Positions 10,815 to 22,692 of a stretch of DNA of 35,331 nt are shown in pieces. Below the pieces are notes generated by a model, which made no database searches, was not told the origin of the DNA, and worked only from the letters and a program-made list of their open reading frames with translations. This DNA is from Octopus bimaculoides (lineage: Eukaryota): contig NC_068995.1 of assembly GCF_001194135.2 (NCBI RefSeq), forward strand, positions 38,114,710 through 38,150,040. Reading direction: 5' to 3'. The first letter of the stretch is position 1. The number at the start of each line of letters is the position of its first letter. Position numbers and translations under genes: made by a program.

Positions 10815-11010
10815 TGTGTCTGTGTGTGCCCTTCACCCTTTGACAACTACTGCTTGTTTTCTTACGTCCTCGAAAATTATGGGTTCGTTCATAAAAAAGA
10901 ACACCGATAGAATAAGTACTAGGCTTAAAATAGTTTTTCCTGACATCGATTTCTTCCACTAAAACCTCTCAAGACTGTGCCTCATCATAGCTGCAGTGAA
11001 ATGACTAAAG
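10815..11010 (+). mobile_element. Decayed SINE family A 3' tail
   Basis: ttgacaac...accgatagaataagtactaggctta...gcagtgaaatgact matches 3050-3205. Confidence 0.7.
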
Positions 11011-11024
11011 GAAGGAAAATGTAC

Positions 11025-11100
11025 AAATCTCTGTTTGTTGTTAATGGAATTGTGTAGGTTGAAGCTGTACGGAAATCCATTGACTGAATTGTACCAGCAG
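11025..11100 (-). CDS. Candidate exon of an unrecognised host gene
   Basis: Strong ttttttgtttag acceptor, weak gtacat donor; two open frames (AGTIQSMDFRTASTYTIPLTTNRD or CWYNSVNGFPYSFNLHNSINNKQRF). Confidence 0.2.
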
Positions 11101-11630
11101 CTAAACAAAAAATCGTTCCACGCGAAAAGCCTGCATTACTGTCGAAAACAGACTTACAACTATCTCATGAAGGTGCCGTTGCTTGTGGGTCACATTATTT
11201 GTTTTATCCAACACGTGTAATCTGATCTTCAAACGAAGGATATTCGGTAACCCACAGAAAGACATATGCATATGTATAATATATATAATTCATATATAAC
11301 ATTGTATAGATTAGTAGGTAAGAAAATTCATATATAACAACTTGAAGGTAGAATTGGAAGAGTGGTTTAACGGTGCATACATGATGAAGTTAGTCTTTAT
11401 GCTTGAGCTATTAACTAATGCTTATATTTACAAAGATTACTAATTTAACGACTCATGTGTTGATGAGTTGCAAAAAACATAACATTTACTATTGGTGAAT
11501 CAATATTTCCTTGCGTTCGATATTGACTGCCGCAATATCTGATAGCAAATAAATGTATACTTTCCTACCATGCCGGATATCTCGAGCACAAAGTAATCAA
11601 GATAAAATCGGACACGGTACGCTACATGTA

Positions 11631-11790
11631 AGCGCTAGGCGTGGCTTTGAAGTAAGAGACTTGGTTCCAAACCACACTGTCCTGGCTTCAATCCTACTGC
11701 CTGGCATCTTGGACAAGTGTCTTGTACAAAGCCTTGTGAGTAGATTTTTTAGACGGAAAATAAAATAAGTCCGTCGTATACACTTGTGTC
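11631..11790 (+). mobile_element. Decayed SINE family A 5' half
   Basis: gtggctttgaagtaag...aaccacact...cttggacaagtgtctt...aaagccttgtgagtagatt...agacggaaa aligns to 2820-2985. Confidence 0.75.
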
Positions 11791-12189
11791 TATATGCGTG
11801 TATATAATATATATATGTATGTATGTGTGTTTGTGTGTGTGTGCGTATGTTCCTCATTGATTCGAAAACTGTGTTTCAGGTTTTGACGTATGAGATATTA
11901 AAAAACCCAGTAATATTTCAGTTGCCAAATAAAGTTTGATTTTTGTGCAACACTTTTTTTTACTACAAAACTTATCTTGAAAACGAAATCGGGTCGCACA
12001 ATTTTGAGGTCCTTAGTTAATGAGGGCACCTCTGTCTGAACAATCTTCAAATACATTGAGTTTTACCAGAGACTGAAACTTCGCAGATATTCCTTTATTA
12101 GTATTTGGTAGATAATCTTTTAATGTGTAAGTGTTTGTCTGTGTTTTGTTTAGCCGAGATTTGCCTGTGATGTTGCAGACCCAATGCAT

Positions 12190-12551
12190 AATGTTTTTTT
12201 TTTCATTCTGAAATATTGTAAATCCGTGTCCAATTGGGCAATAACTGCTAATCTATATAGAAACTTTCTGGCGATATTGGAGAAAAAATTCCCAGCTTCA
12301 CATAAATAAAGTATACTTTTCTCCTGTAAGAATATCAGTCTCATATTCCATTCTTCCGAATCTGGTTACGATGATAACTCACCTGAACAGGACAAATATA
12401 ATAATAGCCCGTAGGATTGATAATTGTAATATTAGATTAACCCCTAATAACAACTCTAATAATCATAATCATTTAAATATCAATACTACTAATGATAACA
12501 GAGCGAAACCTCATTCTGACAGTAATAATAATAATAATAATGATGATGGTG

Positions 12552-12634
<83 letters not shown>

Positions 12635-13160
12635 TACACCCAATAATTACACCAATAATTACACCCAAAAGTGGAGACATAATCAGTGATAATAATTCTT
12701 TAAATTTTAACTGTGATGATTCTATAATTATTAATATGATGAGAAAAACTAATAATAATAAAGGCAAATGCAATTGTAGGTATAAAAAATCCCCCTGTCC
12801 GACGTATAGCAAATAACATTATAAATAATTGTACATTTTGATAGAAACTGATAATTTTACTTATATCGGGCGCTCTGTAAATATGAAAAAAATTTGAACA
12901 AGCTCCTTTCATCCTTTAGAATAAAACATAAAGCGAGCAGTACACCATTCTCTATGAGAATCAATGTAAAGTGGGGTATAATGTGTAGAGCTCTACCATA
13001 CCGAAATAGCCGATACGAGTGTGTTCTATGTTGTATGGAAAAGTACGAAGTATTCAAATATAGAGATAAAGACAACCTAATTAATAATACATTAGATCTT
13101 AGTGTGTCATGTGTTCATAGTATCACCAGTACATTTAAATACTTTAGAAGCAGTAAATAA
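12190..13160 (+). mobile_element. Penelope-like element fragment: RT-EN linker and GIY-YIG endonuclease, pseudogenised
   Basis: ANLYRNFLAILEKKFPASHK* and ISVSYSILPNL (linker), CNCRYKKSPCP, TYIG (12859-12870), SSFR, KWGIMCRALPYRNSRYECVLCCMEKYEV...NLIN...SCVH; matches the CNC..CP / YIG / W.I...A.PY....C.LC..EK / N...L..C.H pattern of PLE endonucleases. Confidence 0.8.
12524..12672. repeat. (AAT)n microsatellite plus three aataattacacc units
   Basis: Direct. Confidence 0.97.
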
Positions 13161-13274
13161 TAAATACCGCCTATTCTCTCTATGAGGACATACTCACTGT
13201 GTCCTATCATTCATATCTTACTTTCTGTAATATTATGACCTGTTTAGTAATGTGTTCTAGTGACCCTTAGAAGT

Positions 13275-13699
13275 GTAGCGAACTCTAGTGAACTTCCTCT
13301 CTCTATCATATAACAGACATAAGAACGTAACAGGTAACAGTTAAACTTTGGGGTTGTTTTGTACCCCGTGGTGTCTACCACACCGACTGGTTGGTATTGG
13401 CGAAATTTGTCTCTTACTGAATCGTTCAAACATACTTACATACATACATACATACATACATTCACACATACTGTCTGCCTCATGCTATACACCTCGATAC
13501 ATTTCCGTGATTTCAACTTAGATGGACGTAGGTCCATCACGTTTGCACATCAAGTTTTGCTGGCTAAGTGACCTTTTTCACCTCTTCACTACAGAAATAT
13601 CTTCCTTTTATTGTCTATTTTGCATCCCAAAACTACTTCGTGGGGGGTATCAGTAGCGAACTCTAGTGAACTTCCTCTCTCTATTATATAACAGGCATA
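13275..13699 (+). repeat. 47-bp direct repeat (13275-13321 and 13653-13699)
   Basis: gtagcgaactctagtgaacttcctctctctat(c/t)atataacag(a/g)cata, 2 mismatches. Confidence 0.95.
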
Positions 13700-13899
13700 T
13701 GGATCACTTGTTCTCCACCCAATTAGTTTATACCTTACTCATTGTAATTCCTCTGCCTAAATTGTGATTCTCCGTATAATTAATCTCTTACCCTTACATA
13801 GTATATTGAGTTCATCACTCTATTTATTAGACATTGAAGCTCTATATAGCAGTTAATATAACCCCCTCCCCTTAGAATTAGCACTACTTCATTAATTCA

Positions 13900-15100
13900 T
13901 TATCAATTATTAATTTGATATTTGTTTTTCTCTTCTTCATTTTATCTCTCCTCATTTATATTTTATTATTTGTTTAATCAATAGAACCCATCATAAATTT
14001 TGACAATTTTTAGCAATTTTTAAATACCAGATTTTAAAATATCATTTTTAACATATCAGCATTCACATTGCAGGTTACCTTATATATATGATCCACTAAA
14101 TATTTTATTCCTTTAGTAAATCATATTTAAGGCACTCTCTCGTGATTTGACCTAATATAACATTTGAGTTGAACAGATTATTCCGTAACTTAAACTAGGA
14201 AATAATTATTTATAATTTAAAATGTTATAATCCAGAAAATTTACACCCTATTAATTATTACAATATTTATCTACTCATTTCCTAAATTAATTCCTTTCAT
14301 ATACGGTGATAAAGAATATGTTCATATATTTACTACCAGTGGATTTTATATTTCGCACCCCACCTAAGTATAAAATATATTAATCTAAGAACTATTATTA
14401 CTTTTTATCTTTACGTATATTTTATTGTATAGCTTACTAATATTTTTAAAACTTTGTTTCCCTTTTCGCTTTGTTTATATCAAACTCTGGTATATTTATT
14501 TTTATCTCTCTCCCTTTATTTAAAATAAAGATCTTTTTATATTTTTTTCTATATATATCTTTATATTTGCTGATATTTTTTAATATTATTTTTAATATAT
14601 TTTATGTTTTTAATATCATTTATAGTTAAAACTTTGATGTATTGTTCCATACATATATATCTTTATATTTTATATATTTTTATATTAGTTTATATTTTAA
14701 AAAAATAGTTTTCTATATTATCTTATAATTTAAAATTCTTTCATTTTAATTTTTTAGGTTTTATATCCTATATATTTTATATATCTTTTAAATATTTCTT
14801 TAAAGATTATATATTTACAGTTTATATTTTATATACCTTGTCGCAAATTTTTTGTTCATACGCTTATATTTTAAATACATTATATTCTTTAGTAGCTTTT
14901 GAGCTGAAATTCTGTATTTTTTTTTATAAGAGACTCATTTATATATTGCTTAAATGATTTTTCTTCACTTTATTTCTAATAATTTAAAATATATTTTATT
15001 CACCACCTGTGTATCTAATTTCTAAATTTTTGTAATGCTATAACATTATAACTATGGTAAATTGGCATATTCCCCTCTTGTTTTTTTTTTCTATTGTGAG
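13900..15100. other. Extremely AT-rich, T-skewed low-complexity block
   Basis: Lines 14581-14700 have about 6 G+C per 60 nt; no simple period. Confidence 0.85.
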
Positions 15101-15973
15101 TTCATTACCACCCCTATTTTATTTTATAATTTTATACCATTATTTCTCAAGGTCCTTAATACGGTAATGACCCTAAGTAAATTCACCTTCCTCTATCTTA
15201 CTTCTTCTCACTATCATCTCCTCCCTACCACTCACTCCATTTTTACTAACCTATGCCTTGACCATTTTGTGAAGATTAAGCCTACACATAGTCCCATCAC
15301 TGGCCTAGCATTAATTACTTATTTCACTACTGACCAGTAAACATAAACGACTTGTAATAAAAATCTAGACGATTGGAGCCGATCATTTCACCATTGTTAG
15401 AAGTTTAAATAACTGGGTCACTTGGATCAATTATCTCCTCCCACTACTATAAACTCTTATAATCCTTATAGTCTTCTTTCTTCTGACCAAATATATGCTT
15501 ATCTGATAAGTTCATTCTGCCAACCGAATGGTAAAGGGATTAATGTAAATATTTTTACTCCGTGTATTTGTTAACTATGTTTAATATATTGAACTGTCCT
15601 TTATGTTTGAAGATCAAGTATTTTTTTTGCAATGATGTAATGTTCTCATTAATCAAATAAAAGAGTCGTTCGAAACGGCCGTAATGAATTGACACCTGTA
15701 TCTTTGTTACTCATATTTTATTCACCTATCCAGGAATCTACACTTCGTAAATATTATAGACAGTATTTTTAATATAAAGTACATGTCCGAATAGCTAAGA
15801 GCAGATTCCTTCATTCAACTGGGTCCAATTATCTGCATACACTGCAAGAACATCATGTTGCCGGCACTTTAGCACCAAGTCTGATATTTACTTAATGTTG
15901 TTGGGTATTCATATTATTCAGACCTAACCAGATACCTCAGTTTATGTAACTAATTCAACCGAATCTTAATGGT

Positions 15974-16005
<32 letters not shown>

Positions 16006-17675
16006 TATATATANNNNNNNNNNNNNNATATATATATATATATATACATACATGTATATGATGTGTATGTAAGAATTACGTTTCTCTCTGCATCTATAAT
16101 ATATATTTCATTTGATGTCGGTTCATCCGGTCACCAGAAAACCAACGTCGAAGATATCTTTTTAGATTTACATGTTGAGTAACTTACGAATATTTATTTT
16201 GTCCTCCGATTGGTTCTAAAAGAAGTTTGACTTAAAATTTATAACCTATAACTGCCCTTCCAGAATTACTATTATTCAATATATGTATCTTACGATGCAT
16301 GATATCTTGACAGTTTGATCACTGTATTACGAAATAAGATATACATGATAAGAGTAAAATATATTTCAAAATAATTTGTCCTGATATCTCTTTGTGGACG
16401 AATATTCTGTGACTCTCCTTTTAACTTATATACCATTCACTACTTCATACTTTCAGTGACTTATTTTGTCCCTCTATGAAGTTTGTTTGCTAAAATTATA
16501 TTTGTTATTTGTACGCTGTTAGTAGAAGATCGTCGAAGTAACAAACCCATCATAGAATCTGCTACCATGGTCCAACTATGGATACTGATGTCAATTGAGA
16601 CCTTGAATAATACTCTTCTTGATGTTGCTACTATTGATAAAACTCAGTTGAAGTTTCAATGCTAATTCACAGAATTCTGCTAAAGAAAGGCTTTGCACTG
16701 AACTCATCATTCAAAAAGTTACTCAACTGGGAAAATTTAATGGTATTTTAGTTGATTCGTGGCACTGTTTGACTTTAAAATGAAAAATCTAAATATCGTA
16801 AGACATTTGCACCTTATATCCAGTTCTTTACAGTAGCATAATACGTCTGTTTCAATTACTCTTGTGGTGATTGCTTAGCTATAGATCCACAATTATCAAA
16901 CGATAAACCACAAAAATTTAGCAACGTCAACTGAAGCTCAATTACATTAACGGTTATTCGTGTAAAATCAGCATCATCTTTACTAAATTTTTGCATGGAC
17001 AATTTTAGTTAATCCGCAATTTTCAAATTAATACAATTAATGCATTCTCCTATTAACACACAAATCGTTTGTCATAGCCATATAAATTGCTTCTACACTA
17101 CACAGCAAAATAGAAAAAAAATAAAAGAACTAATTACAAGCAAAATCAATTCCATTAGAGCTCCAACAGACTGTATCTTGACTCTTAGTTAACAAGTGCA
17201 TTTGATAATCAATCGACCATATATATCTAAAAAATTGAAAGCAATATATTGTTTAAGAACATTTGCTTTTCAGGGTTTTTACAAAGAAAACTTTACACCA
17301 ATATCGAAACTCATCAAGCCTGAAAATGACAAGAGTGTTTTTACCAGCATGTACCTATATTGCTTTAAATCTCTTGAGCAAGAGATGTACAGTGACAGTT
17401 AGACTGCCTCATTTTGTTGGCATATAAACATTACTATCTGGTATTGTTACTGTATATCTCTCGCTCAGAGATCTAAAACAAGTTGTTTTTCTCTACACGA
17501 GATCAGCGATTGTGTGTCGCTTAAAAATATATATTGTATTTGAAAATGGAGATAGCATTCGTCACTAGCTTGTGTGGTTGTCTAACACTGAGGACGGATA
17601 ACATCCAGAAACCTAGATCTCTGAGAATCACATAAGGCTAGAGATGGAAGCGATGACTTCCCTTGCAAATACTGT

Positions 17676-18073
17676 GTTGTTGGTACTCCGACGCTTACGA
17701 CGTCGAGGGTTCCAGTCGATCCGATCAACAGAACAGCCTGCTCGTGAAATTAACGTGCAAGTTGCTGAGCACTCCACACACACACACACACACACACGTG
17801 TACCCTTAACGTAGTTCTCGGGGATATTCAACATGACACAGTGTGACAAGGCTGACCCTTTGAATTACAGGCACAACAGAAACAGGAAGTAAGAGTGAGA
17901 GAAAGTTGTGGTGAAAGAGTACAGCAGGGTTCGCCACCATTCCCTGTCGGAGCCTTGTGGAGCTTTAGGTGTTTTCTCTCAATAGACATTCACAACGCAC
18001 GGTCTGGGAATCGAAACCACGATCCTATGACCGCGAGTCTGCTGCCCTAACCACTGGGGCATTGCGTCTCCAC
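17676..18073 (-). mobile_element. tRNA-derived SINE family C, near full length
   Basis: Minus-strand head gtggagacgcaatgccccagtggttagggcagc (A-box-like) and ggtttcgattccc (B-box-like), body, internal (CA)n, short caacaac tail. Confidence 0.85.
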
Positions 18074-18174
18074 TCTTGCAAATACTATACAGGTACAAAT
18101 TATGTGTCAATAGCCAGCAAAAAAGAAGTGTTCCTGGGGCTAAAACAACAGTAGCAGCGACCTTTATAGGACTA

Positions 18175-18211
18175 TATATACGTGTGTGTGTATATATATA
18201 TGTGTGTGCGT

Positions 18212-18249
<38 letters not shown>

Positions 18250-18276
18250 ATATATATATGTATGTATGTGTGTTTA

Positions 18277-18325
<49 letters not shown>
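18175..18325. repeat. (TA)n/(TG)n compound microsatellite
   Basis: Direct. Confidence 0.95.
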
Positions 18326-18328
<3 letters not shown>

Positions 18329-18579
18329 ACAAACATATGTAGATATGTTCGAATTAGGAAATCAATATTCGAAGCTTTCAAAAGGATATAAGTTTTTATA
18401 CCACTTACTTTTTGCCTTAAGTTATAAAAATTTAGAAAAAATTATATTCTATATATAAAAAAAATAGATGTAAAAATATAATAATGAATATAAATTTAAA
18501 TATAAAAATATGTATGTGTGAGTGTATATATGTGTATGTTGGCAATAACAGTTCTGTGAATAGTAGTAAAGTGTGTATA

Positions 18580-19451
18580 CGTGGTCTGATCAATAAGTAT
18601 CCACACTGTTGTCATAGTAACGAAGCTAAATCATGCCGAGAGAAAACCGCTTGACAGTGATTGACCTTGAACTCTGCTGTGCGTCTGCATTAAGTTTTAG
18701 CGATCCAGCTGACTTTCGCTGTTACAGCAGAGCTGGGAAGGAAGGTGTGTAGCTTGTAATCGTCAGAATGACCATCTCAGAGGACGTGAAGCAGAGTATG
18801 TACATAAACATTTGTCAAAAGTTTGGCGATATCTGCTTAGAGGCCTACGCAAAGTTTTCCTCTTTCTCGACACAATCAAGGAGAACATGTGCAACTGAAA
18901 CCCGAGTGGTTTTTGGTCAGCTGAATGCAGTTTTGGCACGAACATGGCAGACATGCGTCTCATACCCAAATCTCGGGTGATAATGGATTGAACTAATCTG
19001 TACATCATCTGATAACTCACGGAAGCTGATTCCAGGATTTCTGCTCACATCTGTACGCACTTCTGCGATATTTTTCTCTGTTCTGTTGGTTGCGGGTCTC
19101 CTAGAACATGCATCAATGCTGACATTTTTTCGGCCGTCTGGGAAACGTCTGACCCACTCATACACTTCTGTGCATCTCATACATTCCTCTCCATACATTT
19201 TTTGTAACTTTGTATAGGCCTCTGAGAAGGGACCACCATTACAAATTTCTCTTTCATGGGCAATGAGACGATCAAACGCTACGCACCTACCTTCCAAGTA
19301 TTGCTGCAAACAGCGAAAGTGAGCTAGAACGTTAAAATTTAGTACGCATGCACAGCAGAATTCACTCTCAGTCCATGGAAAGCGGCTTCACTCTATGTAA
19401 TTTAGCTTCTTTACTGTGGCAACAGTCCGGCTACTTATTGATCAGACCTCC

Positions 19452-19453
<2 letters not shown>
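18580..19453. mobile_element. Non-autonomous mariner derivative made of two inverted 5' ends
   Basis: TA flanks at 18578-79 and 19454-55; both ends read ggtctgatcaataagta..actgttg inward; minus arm gives EAYTKLQKMYGEECM..VYEWVRRF..GR...SRRP, VQSIITRDLGMRRMSAMFVPKL; plus arm gives MTISEDVKQSMYINICQKFGDICLEAYAK. Confidence 0.85.
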
Positions 19454-19454
<1 letters not shown>

Positions 19455-19492
<38 letters not shown>

Positions 19493-19517
19493 GTGTGTGT
19501 GTGTGTGTGCGTATGTG

Positions 19518-19552
<35 letters not shown>

Positions 19553-19590
19553 GAGTGACAAAGACAGAGAGAGAGACAAAGACAGAGAGA

Positions 19591-19641
<51 letters not shown>
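19455..19641. repeat. (GT)n followed by (GA)n compound microsatellite
   Basis: Direct. Confidence 0.97.
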
Positions 19642-19642
<1 letters not shown>

Positions 19643-19799
19643 AATAACGCAAATTTCCACAACACTGCATCAACATCAGATATTGCCAAAAGGAAGATAA
19701 ACATTACGTTCTTTTATGTTTGTATGCAGGTTGACATTGGCCAAAACCAAGCTGGTGTGCTGGTCCTCTTGCGGTTAAAACATTGCAGTAAAGTCTGTT

Positions 19800-20560
19800 C
19801 GAATGGATAGCTGTGTTGAAGTGGCTACGAATATTACTAGTTAGTACAACTACTGCGTTGATCACTTAGGGAGAACTAGTATGTTTGCGGATGACAAATT
19901 AATTTGTTTGCTCATTAATTGGGAAACTCAAGCTTGGGATTAACTAAAGATATTAATTCCTTACGTTCTAGTGATGTATCGGCGTGCCTTTACAAGTATA
20001 TTTTCGTGTATGGGTTTAACTGCACTCTTTAGCATCTAAGATGTATTGCCTAGGTCCTCTCTACGTGTATATATGTCTAATATACACACATGTTCATGAA
20101 AATATGTTGTCTTATGAATTTTATTACGCATGCGAAACACTGGTTACAAATTGTTCTATCTTTTTACCCCTATGATTTACACAGTATTTCTTCCTAATTC
20201 TGATGCTTCTAGTACGCAGTTTTTAAACATTAACTATTTGGTGCTGGCAATGTGAATGCGCCTGCGCACTTGATTTGAATCCATAATGTGATAAGGATGC
20301 AGCTTTTACGTGTTTTTGCAGAACATATTAATGCTACATAATTAATCATTGTTTTAGGGATCCCATTGACAAACTACGAACGACAAACTAAATAATTTGC
20401 TCATTGACAGGGAACCTTCAGTTTGGAGTCAACTAAAAGTGTTGTTTGCTTTCGTTCTAGTGCTTTATCGGCGTTCCTTTAGAATTATTCTTTCGTGGTT
20501 GGTATTAACTAATATTTTTAGCATGTAAGATGTCCTGCCATAAGTCTTCTTTCTATGCGT
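19800..20560 (+). repeat. Old tandem duplication, period 489 bp
   Basis: gacaaa..tttgctcatt at 19893/20382; cgttctagtg..tatcggcgt at 19964/20453; ttagcat.taagatgt in both copies. Confidence 0.85.
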
Positions 20561-20589
20561 ATTTCTATATACGCTGTTATATATGAATG

Positions 20590-20623
20590 TATATACATAC
20601 ATACATACATACACACACACTCA

Positions 20624-20694
<71 letters not shown>

Positions 20695-20698
20695 GCAT

Positions 20699-20762
<64 letters not shown>
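20590..20762. repeat. (TACA)n/(CA)n/(TA)n microsatellite
   Basis: Direct. Confidence 0.97.
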
Positions 20763-20765
<3 letters not shown>

Positions 20766-21418
20766 CATGGCTACGACATTGGAAATGAACACCTAAATGC
20801 TGTTCATAATATAAGGGAACTATGAGAATTAATGATGTAAACAGATTTGCGTATGATTAAATATTATGTATTTGTACTGTGTCACTTTGAAGTTGTTGAA
20901 TAGAATGCCAAGCTATTACATCACATAACGGAGTATAACAATCTTTGAGAACAAATGATGAATATTTGCTAGAATTGGTTATAACTTGAAGAAAACTTAG
21001 TGAACTCTAATTGTAAAATCAATAGGAATTTAACTGTAAAATGACATTCTGAAAACGGCTCTTCACGTCTCCTTCAAGGAAAAAAGCTATTTCTCAGCAG
21101 ACAAAAGTATAAATTATCGGAAAATTTGATGGCAATAAATGCAACACAAGTTACTCTTTATGTCTGCTTTAATCTTACATTGCTGTAAATATGTAAACTT
21201 TGACCGTGATGATAAATTGTAACCATTACTGTAATTTATTATCAGAGTATCATAGAATTCCCGTCCATTGTTACTGGCTATGCGCTAATTTTCATTTTCT
21301 CTTTTAATCAGAGAAGATACATTGTATCTATATTTTGATTTACGTATGTTCGTTATTCTAGTGTTAGGTTTGGACATCAGAGCGAAATACGCTTGTACCG
21401 AGAAACATTTATACTTAC

Positions 21419-21500
21419 CTTCATAACATCTATAGAATAGGTTGAGGAATATGTTTGAACAAGTTTGTTAATAATTTTGAGCATGTTCCATTTTGAAAAG
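21419..21500 (-). CDS. Candidate exon of an unrecognised host gene
   Basis: tgtaatttag acceptor, AAG|gtaagt donor; single open frame FSKWNMLKIINKLVQTYSSTYSIDVMK, phase 2 to 0. Confidence 0.3.
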
Positions 21501-21929
21501 CTAAATTACAATATATCATTCCAGAACTTTAAAAAATACGTTTTAATACCAACAGGAAACTATAAGAATTATGATTCTTATACTTTTCTAAAACTCGACT
21601 CTGTTTCAAAAAACTTATGTGTGAAGTGAATAATAGATAATGATACTAAACGTATATTTACTTATTGTATAACAATATAATTTGAAGATAGCATCTGGGT
21701 GTAATGAACTTTGGAGTAAATAATCATGGAAGAATTTTTTTTTCAATTTCTTTCAATAGTATACAAAACTGAACTCTTAGCAATTTAGTCTGATTACTCC
21801 AATAATTTGTTTCCCTTCTGTTTCCCTATGTTTTGAGATCCACGGATCTCTTTGGCATTGCAGCACCTTCTACATTTGAAATCAGTACTATCTTAGTCTA
21901 TTTATATTCTCACTTCTTACTCTTCTGTA

Positions 21930-22050
21930 GTTGGGAGAATCGGTAGCACGCCGGAAACATAGACTTAGCACATGTGTTCCTGCCTTACGCAAAGAATTGA
22001 AATTCTGCAAAGGTCAGTTTTGCATTTCGAGATCAATAAACTAAGAAGGA
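21930..22050 (+). mobile_element. Decayed SINE family B fragment
   Basis: agaatcggtagcacgccgga...gaaattctgcaaaggtc...ttcgagatcaataaa resembles 8788-8900. Confidence 0.5.
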
Positions 22051-22629
22051 GTTGAATATTAGAATGGATAACTCAAAAATTCAGACTTTATAGTAGAATG
22101 AATAATACTAGGGCAGAGGCATGGAATAAGTATCAGATATGATTTTAAAAATTTTCCAGAAATTTCTTTTCGGAGTTTTGAAAAGTTGGAGATCCGAATT
22201 GTGACAAACTCAACAGAAATCTGATTGCCTAACTGTAATATTTAACAGCACTTTCGTGGAAACACTTTTCAGCGCATCTTTTGCACAAATATGGCTAAGA
22301 AAGTCAGAAATAAAGACCATCAGTTAAGCAGGTCATCAGAGGAAAAGGAATTATGTTCTTTATCCTCAAGGAGTCAATCTCATCTAAATCAGCTATTGTA
22401 AAAGAGCATGCAATCAAGGCCATCCCGTAGTAATATTGTATACATATAGCCCACAAAAGGACAAATACCTCTAGTATTTTTGTGTGTATGTGCCTGTTAG
22501 TATGCTTGTGAGATAAATCATAAGCATTATTGATGCATTGTGCATGGTGTTAGAGTAGGAAAGGAGGGCATTTGTTGCTGGATCTTCACGGATTAAGAGC
22601 GCTATTCCTCATTGTTTTGTATCCTGCAG

Positions 22630-22692
22630 TCAATTCTGTGAAGAACATGACGTGGCCTATTTACTGCATTATCGAATATGTTTTGGGTTCAG
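22630..22692 (+). CDS. Candidate exon (plus strand)
   Basis: ttgttttgtatcctgcag acceptor, CAG|gtatgt donor; 63 bp; two open frames (NSVKNMTWPIYCIIEYVLGS or QFCEEHDVAYLLHYRICFGF). Confidence 0.25.

Noticed and set aside
12383-12443. Minus-strand exon with perfect CAG|gtgagt donor and hydrophobic frame
   Set aside because: Lies antisense inside the Penelope linker, so most likely coincidental; exonisation cannot be excluded without RNA data.
13180-13205. ctatga-ggacat...gtgtcc hairpin after the PLE stop as a hammerhead
   Set aside because: No GAAA after the stem and the CUGAUGA is incomplete.
16483-17000. hAT transposase remnants (LMSIE on plus, GLSFDNCGS on minus)
   Set aside because: Weak motifs on opposite strands with no supporting order.
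18000-18073. tRNA gene
   Set aside because: Has A/B boxes but no acceptor stem and continues into a SINE body; it is a SINE head.
22150-22320. hAT dimerisation-like STFVETLFS
   Set aside because: Single weak motif with no context.
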